A DNA stretch of 28,664 nucleotides from the IMG/VR virus record IMGVR_UViG_3300005512_000242, positions 1-28,664 of that record; one strand, given 5' to 3'. The translations under genes were made by a program, and so were the position numbers. Positions 15,550-24,667 of this stretch are shown in pieces. Below the pieces are notes generated by a model. The model saw nothing but the letters and a program-made list of their open reading frames with translations. It did not search any database and was not told the DNA's origin. Numbering within the stretch: position 1 is the first letter of the stretch; every line of letters starts with the position of its first letter. This stretch comes from a virus. Lineage: Duplodnaviria > Caudoviricetes.

Positions 15550-16412
15550 TGAAGCACCCAGCTGAACTGGCACTGCACCAATACATGGAAGATGCAGTAG
15601 GTGGTAAAACCACTATGTCTGAAGCAACTATTAAACAGGTTGCTACTGATGTAGCAGAGGCTCTTACCCGCCAGTTTGCTGGTGGCAAAAGCCGGGGCGA
15701 CTTTAGGTTACGCATGTCAAACATTGGCAGACCATCTTGCCAATTATGGTATGAGAAAAACAAACCTGAAGTTGCCCTACCTTTACCTACCACATTCGTA
15801 ATGAACATGATGATTGGAGACATCGTAGAGGCTGTCTTCAAAGGTATATTAAAAGAAGCAGGAGTAAAATATGAAGATTCCGATAGCGTCACTCTGGACT
15901 TGGATAGCACATCCATTAACGGAACATATGATATTGCTATTAACGGTTCTGTTGATGATATTAAATCCGCATCTAATTGGTCTTATAGCAACAAGTTTGA
16001 TTCTTTTGAAACATTAAAAGAGTCAGACGGATTTGGGTATGTAGCGCAGCTTGCTGGTTACGCAAAGGCATCAGGTAAAAATGCTGGTGGCTGGTGGGTA
16101 GTCAATAAAGCAAATGGTGAATTTAAATATGTACCAGCTACAGGTCTTGATATTGAAGAAGAATTAAACAAAGTAGAAGAGACTATTCAGACGCTTGAAG
16201 TAAACGAGTTTAAGCGGTGCTTTGAGCCAGTGCCTGAAAAGTTTAGGGGGAAAGAAACAGGCAATCTTGTGCTAAATAAGAACTGCACATTCTGTTCTTA
16301 CAGGCATGATTGTTGGCCTGATATGAAAGAATTGCCAGCCGTAAAGTCTCAAGCAAAGGAGCCAAAAACGGTGGCATATATTAAACTAGCAAAGGAGTAC
16401 GAAAATGGATAA
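15549..16412 (+). CDS. PD-(D/E)XK Cas4/RecB-like exonuclease
   Basis: RMSNIG..C, GTYD, DIKS, QLAGY, C-terminal CTFCSYRHDC (1+3 Cys Fe-S pattern). Confidence 0.85.
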   Translation: MKHPAELALHQYMEDAVGGKTTMSEATIKQVATDVAEALTRQFAGGKSRGDFRLRMSNIGRPSCQLWYEKNKPEVALPLPTTFVMNMMIGDIVEAVFKGILKEAGVKYEDSDSVTLDLDSTSINGTYDIAINGSVDDIKSASNWSYSNKFDSFETLKESDGFGYVAQLAGYAKASGKNAGGWWVVNKANGEFKYVPATGLDIEEELNKVEETIQTLEVNEFKRCFEPVPEKFRGKETGNLVLNKNCTFCSYRHDCWPDMKELPAVKSQAKEPKTVAYIKLAKEYENG

Positions 16413-16617
16413 TGAATTTGAACTAGAAGACTTGGCTTCACAAATTAAAGAAGCAGAAAAACAACTAATGGAATTGCGTAAGGAATACCGTGAGCGTAAA
16501 ACTGCAGGTCTTCGTGCAGCTATTGAAGCACGAAACGAAGCAGACAAAGTGTTGCGTGAAGAACTGCGTGCGCTTGGTTATCGTTCACCTTTCCAGTTAT
16601 GGCGTGACGTTGCATAA
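16405..16617 (+). CDS. Coiled-coil hypothetical protein, 70 aa
   Basis: AAGGAG RBS; heptad pattern. Confidence 0.75.
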   Translation: MDNEFELEDLASQIKEAEKQLMELRKEYRERKTAGLRAAIEARNEADKVLREELRALGYRSPFQLWRDVA

Positions 16618-17068
16618 CGCAAAACAATTTCGTGCCGCACGTAAGTATGGTTATCGCAGTGGGCTAGAGCTATCCCTTTCAAAGTTTCTTAAAGAACTTA
16701 ATGTAGATTTTGATTATGAATGCATTAAGATTGAATGGGAAGACCTAGCCTACCGCACCTACACACCAGACTTTGTGTTAAAAAACGGTATCATCATAGA
16801 AACAAAAGGCATGTTCACTGCTGCAGATAGACGTAAACATTTAGCTATCAAAAGACAGCATCCTAAACTTGACATTCGTTTTGTTTTTGAAAACAGTAGA
16901 CGAAAACTACGCAAAGGTGCAAAGTCTTCTTATGGTGAGTGGTGCATTAAATATGGATTCAGATATTATGATCGCATCATTCCAGAAGACTGGCTTAAGG
17001 AGAAGGGTGAAAACAATCATCCAAAGTTTATTGCATTTAGCGGAAGCAAAATAAAAAGGAGAAAGTAA
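16610..17068 (+). CDS. T7 endonuclease I-like Holliday junction resolvase (start uncertain)
   Basis: YRSGLE, YTPDF, IETKG, DRRKH, DIRFVF. Confidence 0.9.
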   Translation: MHNAKQFRAARKYGYRSGLELSLSKFLKELNVDFDYECIKIEWEDLAYRTYTPDFVLKNGIIIETKGMFTAADRRKHLAIKRQHPKLDIRFVFENSRRKLRKGAKSSYGEWCIKYGFRYYDRIIPEDWLKEKGENNHPKFIAFSGSKIKRRK

Positions 17069-17069
17069 C

Positions 17070-17435
17070 ATGAAACAAAAAGATTTAGCTATGATTGACG
17101 ATAATGATATGATAATACGTGTACGTCCTTATGAAAATAATGATGGCTCTTGGAATGGTGAGATTGATATATCAATAATTTCACAACCAGAAAATACATT
17201 TAGTGATGATGACTATTTTCAAATTATGCATTTCTGTAAAATGATGGCATCAACAGTTCCGATTATGGAAAATAATGAAAAAATAAGAGATATGGTAAAT
17301 GATTATGTTGTGAATGTTGTTGACAGTGTTGTTGAAGTTGTGTTAGAAGATGACTACGAGGATGAAAAACCTACTATTGTTTCTCGTGATAAAAATATTA
17401 TTTCAATTGATTTTAAGACAAAGGGGAACGCATGA
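17070..17435 (+). CDS. Hypothetical acidic protein, 121 aa
   Basis: AAGGAG RBS. Confidence 0.75.
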   Translation: MKQKDLAMIDDNDMIIRVRPYENNDGSWNGEIDISIISQPENTFSDDDYFQIMHFCKMMASTVPIMENNEKIRDMVNDYVVNVVDSVVEVVLEDDYEDEKPTIVSRDKNIISIDFKTKGNA

Positions 17436-17731
17436 GACATGAAACATTTATGAAACAAGCTATGGAACAATCAGACAGTAAACAAATGTGGCCTTCTGAA
17501 GATGCAGTTGATATGGTCAATAGCCCACCACATTATAATCAGACAGGCATTGAGTGTGTTCAAGCTATCTCTGCTGCCACTGGTGATGGGTTCAAATATT
17601 ACTTGCAAGGTAATATAATGAAATACCTATGGCGTTTTGACTATAAGGGAAAACCACTAGAAGACTTGAAGAAAGCACAGTGGTATCTGGACAAGCTAAT
17701 TGAAGAGGTAATGGCAAGTGATAAGAGTTAA
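17432..17731 (+). CDS. DUF3310 protein (T7 gp1.7 nucleotide kinase-like)
   Basis: VNSPPHY, IECV, GNIMKYLWR, EDLKKAQWYL. Confidence 0.9.
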   Translation: MRHETFMKQAMEQSDSKQMWPSEDAVDMVNSPPHYNQTGIECVQAISAATGDGFKYYLQGNIMKYLWRFDYKGKPLEDLKKAQWYLDKLIEEVMASDKS

Positions 17732-17879
17732 GATGTTTATTACCCTTGATGTAGACGAAGAAGAGTATCCAATACCAGCAGATGAAAATGTTGGTGAGGA
17801 ATTAGAAGACGGTATCCGGGAGTATTTTTATGATGTAGACGGTGCTGAAATTAGAAGTATAAAAACAATACAGGAGTGA
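17718..17879 (+). CDS. Small acidic protein, 53 aa (not in ORF track)
   Basis: GTG start; MIRVKMFITLDVDEEEYPIPADENVGEELEDGIREYFYDVDGAEIRSIKTIQE*; fills the gap before the RNR. Confidence 0.7.
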   Translation: MIRVKMFITLDVDEEEYPIPADENVGEELEDGIREYFYDVDGAEIRSIKTIQE

Positions 17880-17884
17880 CAGAT

Positions 17885-19828
17885 ATGATAAACAATTATT
17901 TACCTACAGACTATCAAAATTTTATAGCACTTTCACGTTATGCCAGATGGAAGGAAGATGAGCAGCGAAGAGAAACATGGAATGAAACAGTATCAAGATA
18001 TTTTGACTATATGGCTAGTCACTTGTCTAGCAATCACGACTATCAGCTTTCTGATTCATTAAGGGCTGAACTTGAAGAGGCAGTACTTACACAGCAAGTA
18101 ATGCCAAGTATGCGTGCGCTTATGACTGCTGGTCCTGCATTGGATCGGTGTCATGTTGGTGGCTATAACTGTTCATATGTTCCTGTAGACAATCCCCGTG
18201 CATTTGATGAGACAATGTATATTCTTATGTGTGGTACAGGTGTAGGCTTCTCTGTTGAACGCCATCATGTAAACAAGCTGCCTCAAGTTAATGAAGATTT
18301 CCATGATACAGACACAATAATTAAAGTAGGTGACAGTCGCCCCGGATGGGCAAAGTCACTGAAGGAACTGATTGCTATGCTTTACACTGGACAAATTCCC
18401 AAGTTCGATGTCAGCGAAGTGCGTCCTGCAGGTGCAAGGCTCAAGACTTTCGGTGGTCGTGCGTCAGGTCCACAGCCCCTTGTTGAACTCTTTGAGTTTT
18501 GTATTCAAAAGTTCAAGGGTGCTGCGGGTCGCCGCTTGTATCCAATCGAGTGTCACGACATCATGTGTAAAATTGGTGAAGTTGTTGTTGTCGGTGGTGT
18601 CAGACGAAGCGCACTCATTAGCCTGTCCAACCTGAATGATGACCAAATGCGTCATGCAAAAGCAGGTAAGTGGTGGGAATATGAAGGGCAACGTGCGCTT
18701 GCAAACAACAGCGTTGCTTATAAAGAAAAGCCACAGATGGGTACATTCATGCGTGAGTGGCTATCTCTGTACGAATCAAAGTCAGGTGAACGTGGTATAT
18801 TCAATAGGCAATCTGCAAAAATGCAGGCATCAAAGAATGGTCGGCGTGATGTTGAGCATGACTTCGGTTGCAACCCTTGCAGTGAGATTATCTTACGCCC
18901 ATACCAGTTCTGTAACTTGTCAGAGGTAGTTGTTCGTGCATCAGATACAGTGGAAACACTAAAAGAGAAAGTTCGTTTGGCTACTATTCTTGGTACATTA
19001 CAAGCTACACTAACTGACTTTAAATATCTGCGTAAGATTTGGAAGAACAACACAGAGGAAGAGCGTTTGTTGGGTGTGTCATTGACAGGTATCATGGATA
19101 ATGAACTTACATCAGGACGCAGTGCTAAACTTGGCATGAACATAGGCCAGGTCCTAGAAAACTTACGTGATGTAGCAATTGAGACTAACAAAGCATATGC
19201 CAAGATGATTGGCATCTCACAGTCTACTGCTGTTACATGCGTCAAGCCATCAGGTACAGTGTCACAGTTGACTGATGCAGCATCTGGTATTCACGCACGG
19301 CACAACCCATATTACATTCGTACTGTTCGTGGTGATAACAAAGACCCATTGACACAGTTCCTTATGTCACAGGGTATTCCTGCAGAGCCAGATGTAATGA
19401 AGCCTGATAGCACGACAGTGTTCAGCTTTCCGATGAAGTCACCTAAAAAGGCAGTGACACGGACTGATATGACAGCTATCGAACAGCTTGAACTGTGGCT
19501 TATGTACCAGCGTTATTGGTGTGAACACAAACCATCTGTTACAATCTCTGTGAAAGAACATGAGTGGATGGAAGTAGGCACATGGGTGTACAAAAACTTT
19601 GATGAAGTATCAGGCATTAGTTTCTTGCCACATGATGACCATACATATAAGCAAGCACCTTATCAGGACATTGATGAAGATACATATAAAGAGTTCTTGA
19701 CAAAGATGCCAAAAAATGTAAACTGGTCATTATTGCAAGAGTTTGAAAAAGAGGATACAACTTCAGGCGGGCGTGAGTTAGCTTGTACTGCTGGTATATG
19801 TGAAGTAGTTGACATTGAAGCAGCGTAG
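17885..19828 (+). CDS. nrdJ: Class II (B12-dependent) ribonucleotide reductase
   Basis: PSMRAL, NCSY, GGVRRSA, NPCSEI, KPSGT, C-terminal CTAGIC; no beta subunit adjacent. Confidence 0.9.
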   Translation: MINNYLPTDYQNFIALSRYARWKEDEQRRETWNETVSRYFDYMASHLSSNHDYQLSDSLRAELEEAVLTQQVMPSMRALMTAGPALDRCHVGGYNCSYVPVDNPRAFDETMYILMCGTGVGFSVERHHVNKLPQVNEDFHDTDTIIKVGDSRPGWAKSLKELIAMLYTGQIPKFDVSEVRPAGARLKTFGGRASGPQPLVELFEFCIQKFKGAAGRRLYPIECHDIMCKIGEVVVVGGVRRSALISLSNLNDDQMRHAKAGKWWEYEGQRALANNSVAYKEKPQMGTFMREWLSLYESKSGERGIFNRQSAKMQASKNGRRDVEHDFGCNPCSEIILRPYQFCNLSEVVVRASDTVETLKEKVRLATILGTLQATLTDFKYLRKIWKNNTEEERLLGVSLTGIMDNELTSGRSAKLGMNIGQVLENLRDVAIETNKAYAKMIGISQSTAVTCVKPSGTVSQLTDAASGIHARHNPYYIRTVRGDNKDPLTQFLMSQGIPAEPDVMKPDSTTVFSFPMKSPKKAVTRTDMTAIEQLELWLMYQRYWCEHKPSVTISVKEHEWMEVGTWVYKNFDEVSGISFLPHDDHTYKQAPYQDIDEDTYKEFLTKMPKNVNWSLLQEFEKEDTTSGGRELACTAGICEVVDIEAA

Positions 19829-19958
19829 TGGTAAGTTAGTGTGGAAGCGTGGGGATGGTTGGATACAGTTCAATCCCCCACGTAGCCATCCTAGTTATGA
19901 AGAGTGGCAGAAACTGAAACAGAAAGAAAAGGAAAAGGAAAATGGTAGCAAAGATTGA
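19815..19958 (+). CDS. Putative small protein, 47 aa (not in ORF track; start uncertain)
   Basis: TTG start; MKQRSGKLVWKRGDGWIQFNPPRSHPSYEEWQKLKQKEKEKENGSKD*; bridges the gap. Confidence 0.45.
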   Translation: MKQRSGKLVWKRGDGWIQFNPPRSHPSYEEWQKLKQKEKEKENGSKD

Positions 19959-20130
19959 CATAAAAGACTACATAGAACATGAAGATGGTTCAGCCACTGT
20001 AGTATTTGAGTGTGACGATGAAGCAAAGAAAGCACTTATCAGTGAAGGATTGCTTTCCATAATCGAGAAAGCTGTAGATAAACACAATGATGAGTATGAT
20101 TATATGAAAGGAGAATGTGAAAATGGATGA
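19942..20130 (+). CDS. Hypothetical protein, 62 aa
   Basis: AAGGA RBS; EHEDGSATV motif. Confidence 0.75.
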   Translation: MVAKIDIKDYIEHEDGSATVVFECDDEAKKALISEGLLSIIEKAVDKHNDEYDYMKGECENG

Positions 20131-20353
20131 TGAAAAACAAATGATTACTATTGATGGTAAAGAATATGACTATGACGAACTAGAAAACAACGAACAGTAT
20201 CTGGTGAATCAGATTCGTGACTTGAATGCAAAGATTGCTCAAGCACAGTTTGGGCTGGATCAGCTACGTGTAGCACAGGATTCTTTCACAAAGATGCTAA
20301 TAGCTTCTGTAAACGAGCCTAAAAATGAAGAAGGGGACAACGGTGAGGCGTAA
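20123..20353 (+). CDS. Hypothetical phage protein (ITIDGKEY + coiled coil)
   Basis: AAGGAG RBS; start at 20117 (GTG) or 20123 (ATG). Confidence 0.75.
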   Translation: MDDEKQMITIDGKEYDYDELENNEQYLVNQIRDLNAKIAQAQFGLDQLRVAQDSFTKMLIASVNEPKNEEGDNGEA

Positions 20354-20579
20354 CGGTCTAGGCAAGTATGATGCTCCACTACGTATTCAATACCAGTGGG
20401 GTTATGAAGCGTTCCATAAAGGTGGTGGCTTCAAAAAGATTGGTAAGCATAGTGTGTTCGTAGAAAATAGACCAAATATGGACGTTCACACTATGCAATA
20501 CCGTGAGTGGCAAAGGGGGTGGAACGCAGCCTACTTTGAAAACTTGGAGAAGTTAAATGAATCTGGAGCAAGAGGCTAA
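20343..20579 (+). CDS. Rmf-like small protein
   Basis: YQWGYEAF...P...REWQRGWNAA resembles the Rmf pattern RGYxAG...P...WLGGW. Confidence 0.55.
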   Translation: MRRNGLGKYDAPLRIQYQWGYEAFHKGGGFKKIGKHSVFVENRPNMDVHTMQYREWQRGWNAAYFENLEKLNESGARG

Positions 20580-20928
20580 ACAGTGGATGAGGGAGAAACA
20601 AATGAGTGGCATTACAGCATCATTATATCAACAGAAGGCTTGTGAGACAGCTATCTTTCCAAAAGAAACAGCCCTAGCGTACTTGACGTTAGGACTGGCA
20701 GGTGAATCAGGAGAGATTGCCAACAAAGCAAAGAAACTCATACGTGATGGTGATAACCCTGCTAAACGTGCAGAGATTACGAAAGAGTTAGGCGATGTCT
20801 GTTGGTATATTGCTGTACTGGCACAAGAACTAGGAGTTAATCTTGGTAAAGTTATGGAAGACAACATTGAGAAACTTGCAGACAGGAAAGCTAGGGGTAT
20901 GCTTCAAGGTTCTGGGGATAATCGTTAG
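20557..20928 (+). CDS. mazG: MazG-like NTP pyrophosphohydrolase
   Basis: LGLAGESGE, KK, ELGDVCWY, NIEKL, GSGDNR. Confidence 0.9.
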   Translation: MNLEQEAKQWMREKQMSGITASLYQQKACETAIFPKETALAYLTLGLAGESGEIANKAKKLIRDGDNPAKRAEITKELGDVCWYIAVLAQELGVNLGKVMEDNIEKLADRKARGMLQGSGDNR

Positions 20929-21013
20929 GTATACACCGTTTGTGATACTTGTGTGTTGGTTGTTATACGCATGTAGCATGGGTTTGGCTAATGATATATG
21001 TGATTGCATATAA
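20843..21013 (+). CDS. Possible 56-aa membrane peptide overlapping the mazG 3' end (+1 frame)
   Basis: AGGAG-6nt-TTG; hydrophobic segment PFVILVCWLLYACSMGL; stop abuts the terminator. Confidence 0.4.
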   Translation: MVKLWKTTLRNLQTGKLGVCFKVLGIIVRYTPFVILVCWLLYACSMGLANDICDCI

Positions 21014-21042
21014 AAGAGGGGGCTTAATTGCCCCCTTTATTT
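21012..21042. terminator. Bidirectional intrinsic terminator at the convergence of the two arms
   Basis: AAAAG-AGGGGGC-TTAATT-GCCCCCT-TTATTT. Confidence 0.85.
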
Positions 21043-24000
21043 ATTGTCTTTGTTTTGCATAAATCCCATGTGTCTTTGTATAATCAAGGAGTCGTAGCAC
21101 TTCTTCTGGATTAAACATGTCTACTTCTCTTCCATATTCTTTTTCAAAAGCGTCCATTGCCGCACGTTTAGAAGACTGTGGTTGCCCTCTAAACTTACTA
21201 ATGTTTGCAGCGGCAACAGTATCTTTATCCATATTTTTTATTTCTGAACGAATAGAACTTTTCGCTGTTGAAATCCATTTACCAACTCTTGCGGCAGTGT
21301 CTGCTGCAGACAAACCTTCTTCACGAGCAGTTGCTAGAACTTCTGGTATTTCCATGTTCATAGCATAGCCCATTTCTCTATTTACTGCTCTGTCCACTTT
21401 TGGAGAACTTGTTCTAGTCATAAAGTTACGATAGTCAAAACCTAAATCATATAGTTCATTTACATATTTTGGTGGTATTCTTTGCAATGTTGCGCCAAAC
21501 ATTAACTTCATAAATGGCATAACACGCTCTGGAGTTTCTTCAAAACGTGGGTCTTCTTTATCTGGATAAGTAGCTACCTCAAATCCAAATGCATCACCAA
21601 CTTCTTCTGTTATTTTACCAACCCGCAAATCAATTGGGCGCATAAATCCATTGAAAAATGATTCAATACTGTCTCTGTACTTCGGGTCTTCTGCATAGTC
21701 ACGTTGACGTTGATTCATGTCCGTAAACAATGATGCTGCATCAGCAACTTGCCAGATAGGTTGACCATAGCCAGATACCATCTCACCAATGTATCTGCCA
21801 AGATTATTGTATGTATCTTGTTGTTCAAGTGGATCGGCTGTTTCGCTTAACAAATCACGTGTAAGCATATCAAGAGGACCTTGACCTCTAAAACCAGTAC
21901 CAGTAAAACCTTCAAGCAATTCTTCTTTTGTTGTTTCTTTCAAGACATCTGGGTCTTTTAGGAAGTCAAATGGAATTGTACCACGATGTATCATTTCACC
22001 AATCAACAGATAAGGAGTCAGAGGAAAGAACGGACGAGCATCAAACTCATTACCCATGCCATCTTTTAGCATGTACCAATCAGACCCTGCCATATCATTA
22101 TCACGGTCACGTAGATAATAGCCTAATGCAATAAGAGGAAGTCCACCAGCAATGCCTTCAGATAATTGTCTATACATTCCATCAGTAATCTTTTGACCCT
22201 TTAATTTTGCTGCACCCATTCTAAACAAAGCAGTGCCTGCGCCAAAGGCATTATAATTATAGCTAAATTCCATAGATTTAATCATAAATCTCGGAAAAGG
22301 TATTAGTGTTGTCAAACCAGATTTTACAATAGTATTATTTATTAGTCTTCCAAGTGATGTTTTTGGCTGTGATGCATAGGTAAATTCTAGTGCGTCATTA
22401 GTAGCTTTTGCTACCATGTCTTCTGTTACATTTTGAGTTAATGTTCCTTTTTTTAGAACATCCATCATGTCTACGCCTTTATCAATCATTTGGCGTTGGA
22501 TAGACGCAGTAAATGCACCATTACGAAAAGCAGCTTCTTGAAAACGGTTAAGTATGTTTACATGGTGAATTGCATTTTCCCACGTATCAAGAATCTGGTT
22601 AGTCTTTGTAAGACCTTCACCCTGTTTTGCTAGTGCATTCTGACCCGGATTACCTTTAGCCAGTTTGTTTGATACTTCTGAATACTGGTTGTAAAAGCGA
22701 ACCTTTTGGTCTGGAAATGCGTCTAGAAAAAACTGTGCAACTGTGGCTGAATCCCCCGGATCAAAAAAGGTATGTTTTAGTTGTGCAAGACTTCCCTGAA
22801 AACTAACCTTTTTATTTGGGTTAATTGCAGATTCAAATGAATAAACAAGAGTATCCACACCTGAACGCAATACCTGTGACATTGTGTTACGTGCGGCAGT
22901 GGCAACACCACTAACCAATGTCAAACGTCTGATGTCTTCAAGCCTGCGCCATGTACTACCCACTTGCAGTGCAGTATCAGCATCAGCTTCTTCTGCTATA
23001 TCAGCGGCTGTTCTACGACTTCCTGCAGTCACAAACTTGCGTTGTAAGGCAGACAACTGACCAAGAGTTCTACCAGCCCGACTTGCATCAGCAAACATAG
23101 CAGCACCAACTTCGCGTTTAGTTACACCATACTTGCCCATAATGGTGATTACTTCATCCATAGATTCTTCTGTGACGTTGCTCATAATATTAAGCATACG
23201 CTCACTAACACGCTCTTTACCTGCTGCCGTCTTTGTCAGTGGTCCTGTTAAATCTTTAAGGGTAAGTTTCTCATCTACATTATCTACCAGCTTTAGTGAG
23301 CCATCTTTCAATCCAGATACCATGTCGCCCATAGCGGCAGTAACACGCTCAAATATATCAAAGCTAATCTCACCTTGAATAAGGTCTTCATCTATGGCAG
23401 AAATCATCTTGCCGTCAACTTCTACCTTTTCAAAGAATGAACGAGCATTTGGGGATTTTTTAATGACTTCAGAATCAATACCTTTAATAACACCAGCTTT
23501 GTTTCTGATAATAACTTCTTCACCGTAAATGTCTGACAAACCTTTAGCAAGATTTTCTCTTATATCTTCAGCAAATACACCGTTTTTATCATTAGTTTTT
23601 TTAGCAGCTTCTAACTGCTTCTTTTTCATGTTAGCAAGTGCTTTGTCCAAGTCACCACGAGTGCCAATAGATACACGCTTGGCGGCATTACGAGTGCCTA
23701 CACCAGTCATTGCACCAGCAGTAAGACCAGAGACACCTGCAACTGTAGCTACACGCTCAATGTCAATGTCTTCTCTTGCACCCATTTCAATTTCAGCATT
23801 TTGTACAAGAACATCAACAACTGCCGCACCACCTGCTTCAATAGGTGCTGTAATAGCAGCAGAAATAATACCAGCTTTAAGTGGAGACATACCAGCGGCT
23901 GACAAACCTGTGCTAAAATATTTGACTCCACCTGCAGTAATTAAAGTTAATGGATCAGACATTACTGCAAGCACGTTGCCGCCTACAGCATCAACAATGT

Positions 24001-24667
24001 CACCTACTATTTCCATGCCTGTCATTTCTTTGTAGCGTTTACTATTAAACAAACTACCTACATTATCGGCACGCTTATAGATACGCAAAGCACGTTCACG
24101 CTGTTCAGCAAAGTCATTCGCTTTGTTTGTTAATTCAGTTTTTTCGTTTTCAGTTTTAGCAGCATTGGCTTGCGCCATTGCTTCTTGTTCTTTTTGTTTT
24201 AGGCTTTTTAACCACGCAATTTCACTTGCCGCATTCATAGAATTTTGAGTCATAAATCTGTAGTGATCCATTAAATCATCTACAACATTTTCGTTTGTTA
24301 GTTCTTGACCGCCAAAAAGTGTACCAACACCTAATGTTGCTGCTTTTTCTGTTTTCTCAACACCAAAACGATCTTGTCTATATTGTAAAATATCAGCTAC
24401 TAACTCATCATCTTGTTCAAGACTTTTGATGGACTCAACTTCTACTGGTTCAGCAGCAACAGGCTCAAGACGTTCTTCGGCAGACACGTATTCTGGTGTC
24501 GGCTGAACTACAGCACCTTGTTTTACTTCCTGTGTAGGAACAATATCTTTGACATCTTCTTCTGAATAAAATCCAGATGTATCCGCATCTAAAGCACCAA
24601 CTTGAGAAGGAGATACTGGAGTAGGAGCTACACTTTTTACATCATCAGGAGTATAAAAGTTTGACAT
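21041..24667 (-). CDS. Large putative internal virion (ejection) protein, 1208 aa
   Basis: Last and largest late-arm gene; Ala/Gly-rich hydrophobic segments; call is positional. Confidence 0.65.
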   Translation of the reverse strand: MSNFYTPDDVKSVAPTPVSPSQVGALDADTSGFYSEEDVKDIVPTQEVKQGAVVQPTPEYVSAEERLEPVAAEPVEVESIKSLEQDDELVADILQYRQDRFGVEKTEKAATLGVGTLFGGQELTNENVVDDLMDHYRFMTQNSMNAASEIAWLKSLKQKEQEAMAQANAAKTENEKTELTNKANDFAEQRERALRIYKRADNVGSLFNSKRYKEMTGMEIVGDIVDAVGGNVLAVMSDPLTLITAGGVKYFSTGLSAAGMSPLKAGIISAAITAPIEAGGAAVVDVLVQNAEIEMGAREDIDIERVATVAGVSGLTAGAMTGVGTRNAAKRVSIGTRGDLDKALANMKKKQLEAAKKTNDKNGVFAEDIRENLAKGLSDIYGEEVIIRNKAGVIKGIDSEVIKKSPNARSFFEKVEVDGKMISAIDEDLIQGEISFDIFERVTAAMGDMVSGLKDGSLKLVDNVDEKLTLKDLTGPLTKTAAGKERVSERMLNIMSNVTEESMDEVITIMGKYGVTKREVGAAMFADASRAGRTLGQLSALQRKFVTAGSRRTAADIAEEADADTALQVGSTWRRLEDIRRLTLVSGVATAARNTMSQVLRSGVDTLVYSFESAINPNKKVSFQGSLAQLKHTFFDPGDSATVAQFFLDAFPDQKVRFYNQYSEVSNKLAKGNPGQNALAKQGEGLTKTNQILDTWENAIHHVNILNRFQEAAFRNGAFTASIQRQMIDKGVDMMDVLKKGTLTQNVTEDMVAKATNDALEFTYASQPKTSLGRLINNTIVKSGLTTLIPFPRFMIKSMEFSYNYNAFGAGTALFRMGAAKLKGQKITDGMYRQLSEGIAGGLPLIALGYYLRDRDNDMAGSDWYMLKDGMGNEFDARPFFPLTPYLLIGEMIHRGTIPFDFLKDPDVLKETTKEELLEGFTGTGFRGQGPLDMLTRDLLSETADPLEQQDTYNNLGRYIGEMVSGYGQPIWQVADAASLFTDMNQRQRDYAEDPKYRDSIESFFNGFMRPIDLRVGKITEEVGDAFGFEVATYPDKEDPRFEETPERVMPFMKLMFGATLQRIPPKYVNELYDLGFDYRNFMTRTSSPKVDRAVNREMGYAMNMEIPEVLATAREEGLSAADTAARVGKWISTAKSSIRSEIKNMDKDTVAAANISKFRGQPQSSKRAAMDAFEKEYGREVDMFNPEEVLRLLDYTKTHGIYAKQRQ

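Noticed and set aside
19815-19888. tRNA-like words (TAGTGGTAA, GTTCAATCC, terminal GCCA) suggesting a tRNA or attP core
   Set aside because: T-stem (TACAG/CCCCA) and acceptor stem do not pair; no cloverleaf
13543-23931. Longer antisense or alternate-frame ORFs (e.g. 13543-14034, 15449-15916, 18718-19245, 23529-24035)
   Set aside because: Shadow frames of well-supported genes, with no motifs or RBS
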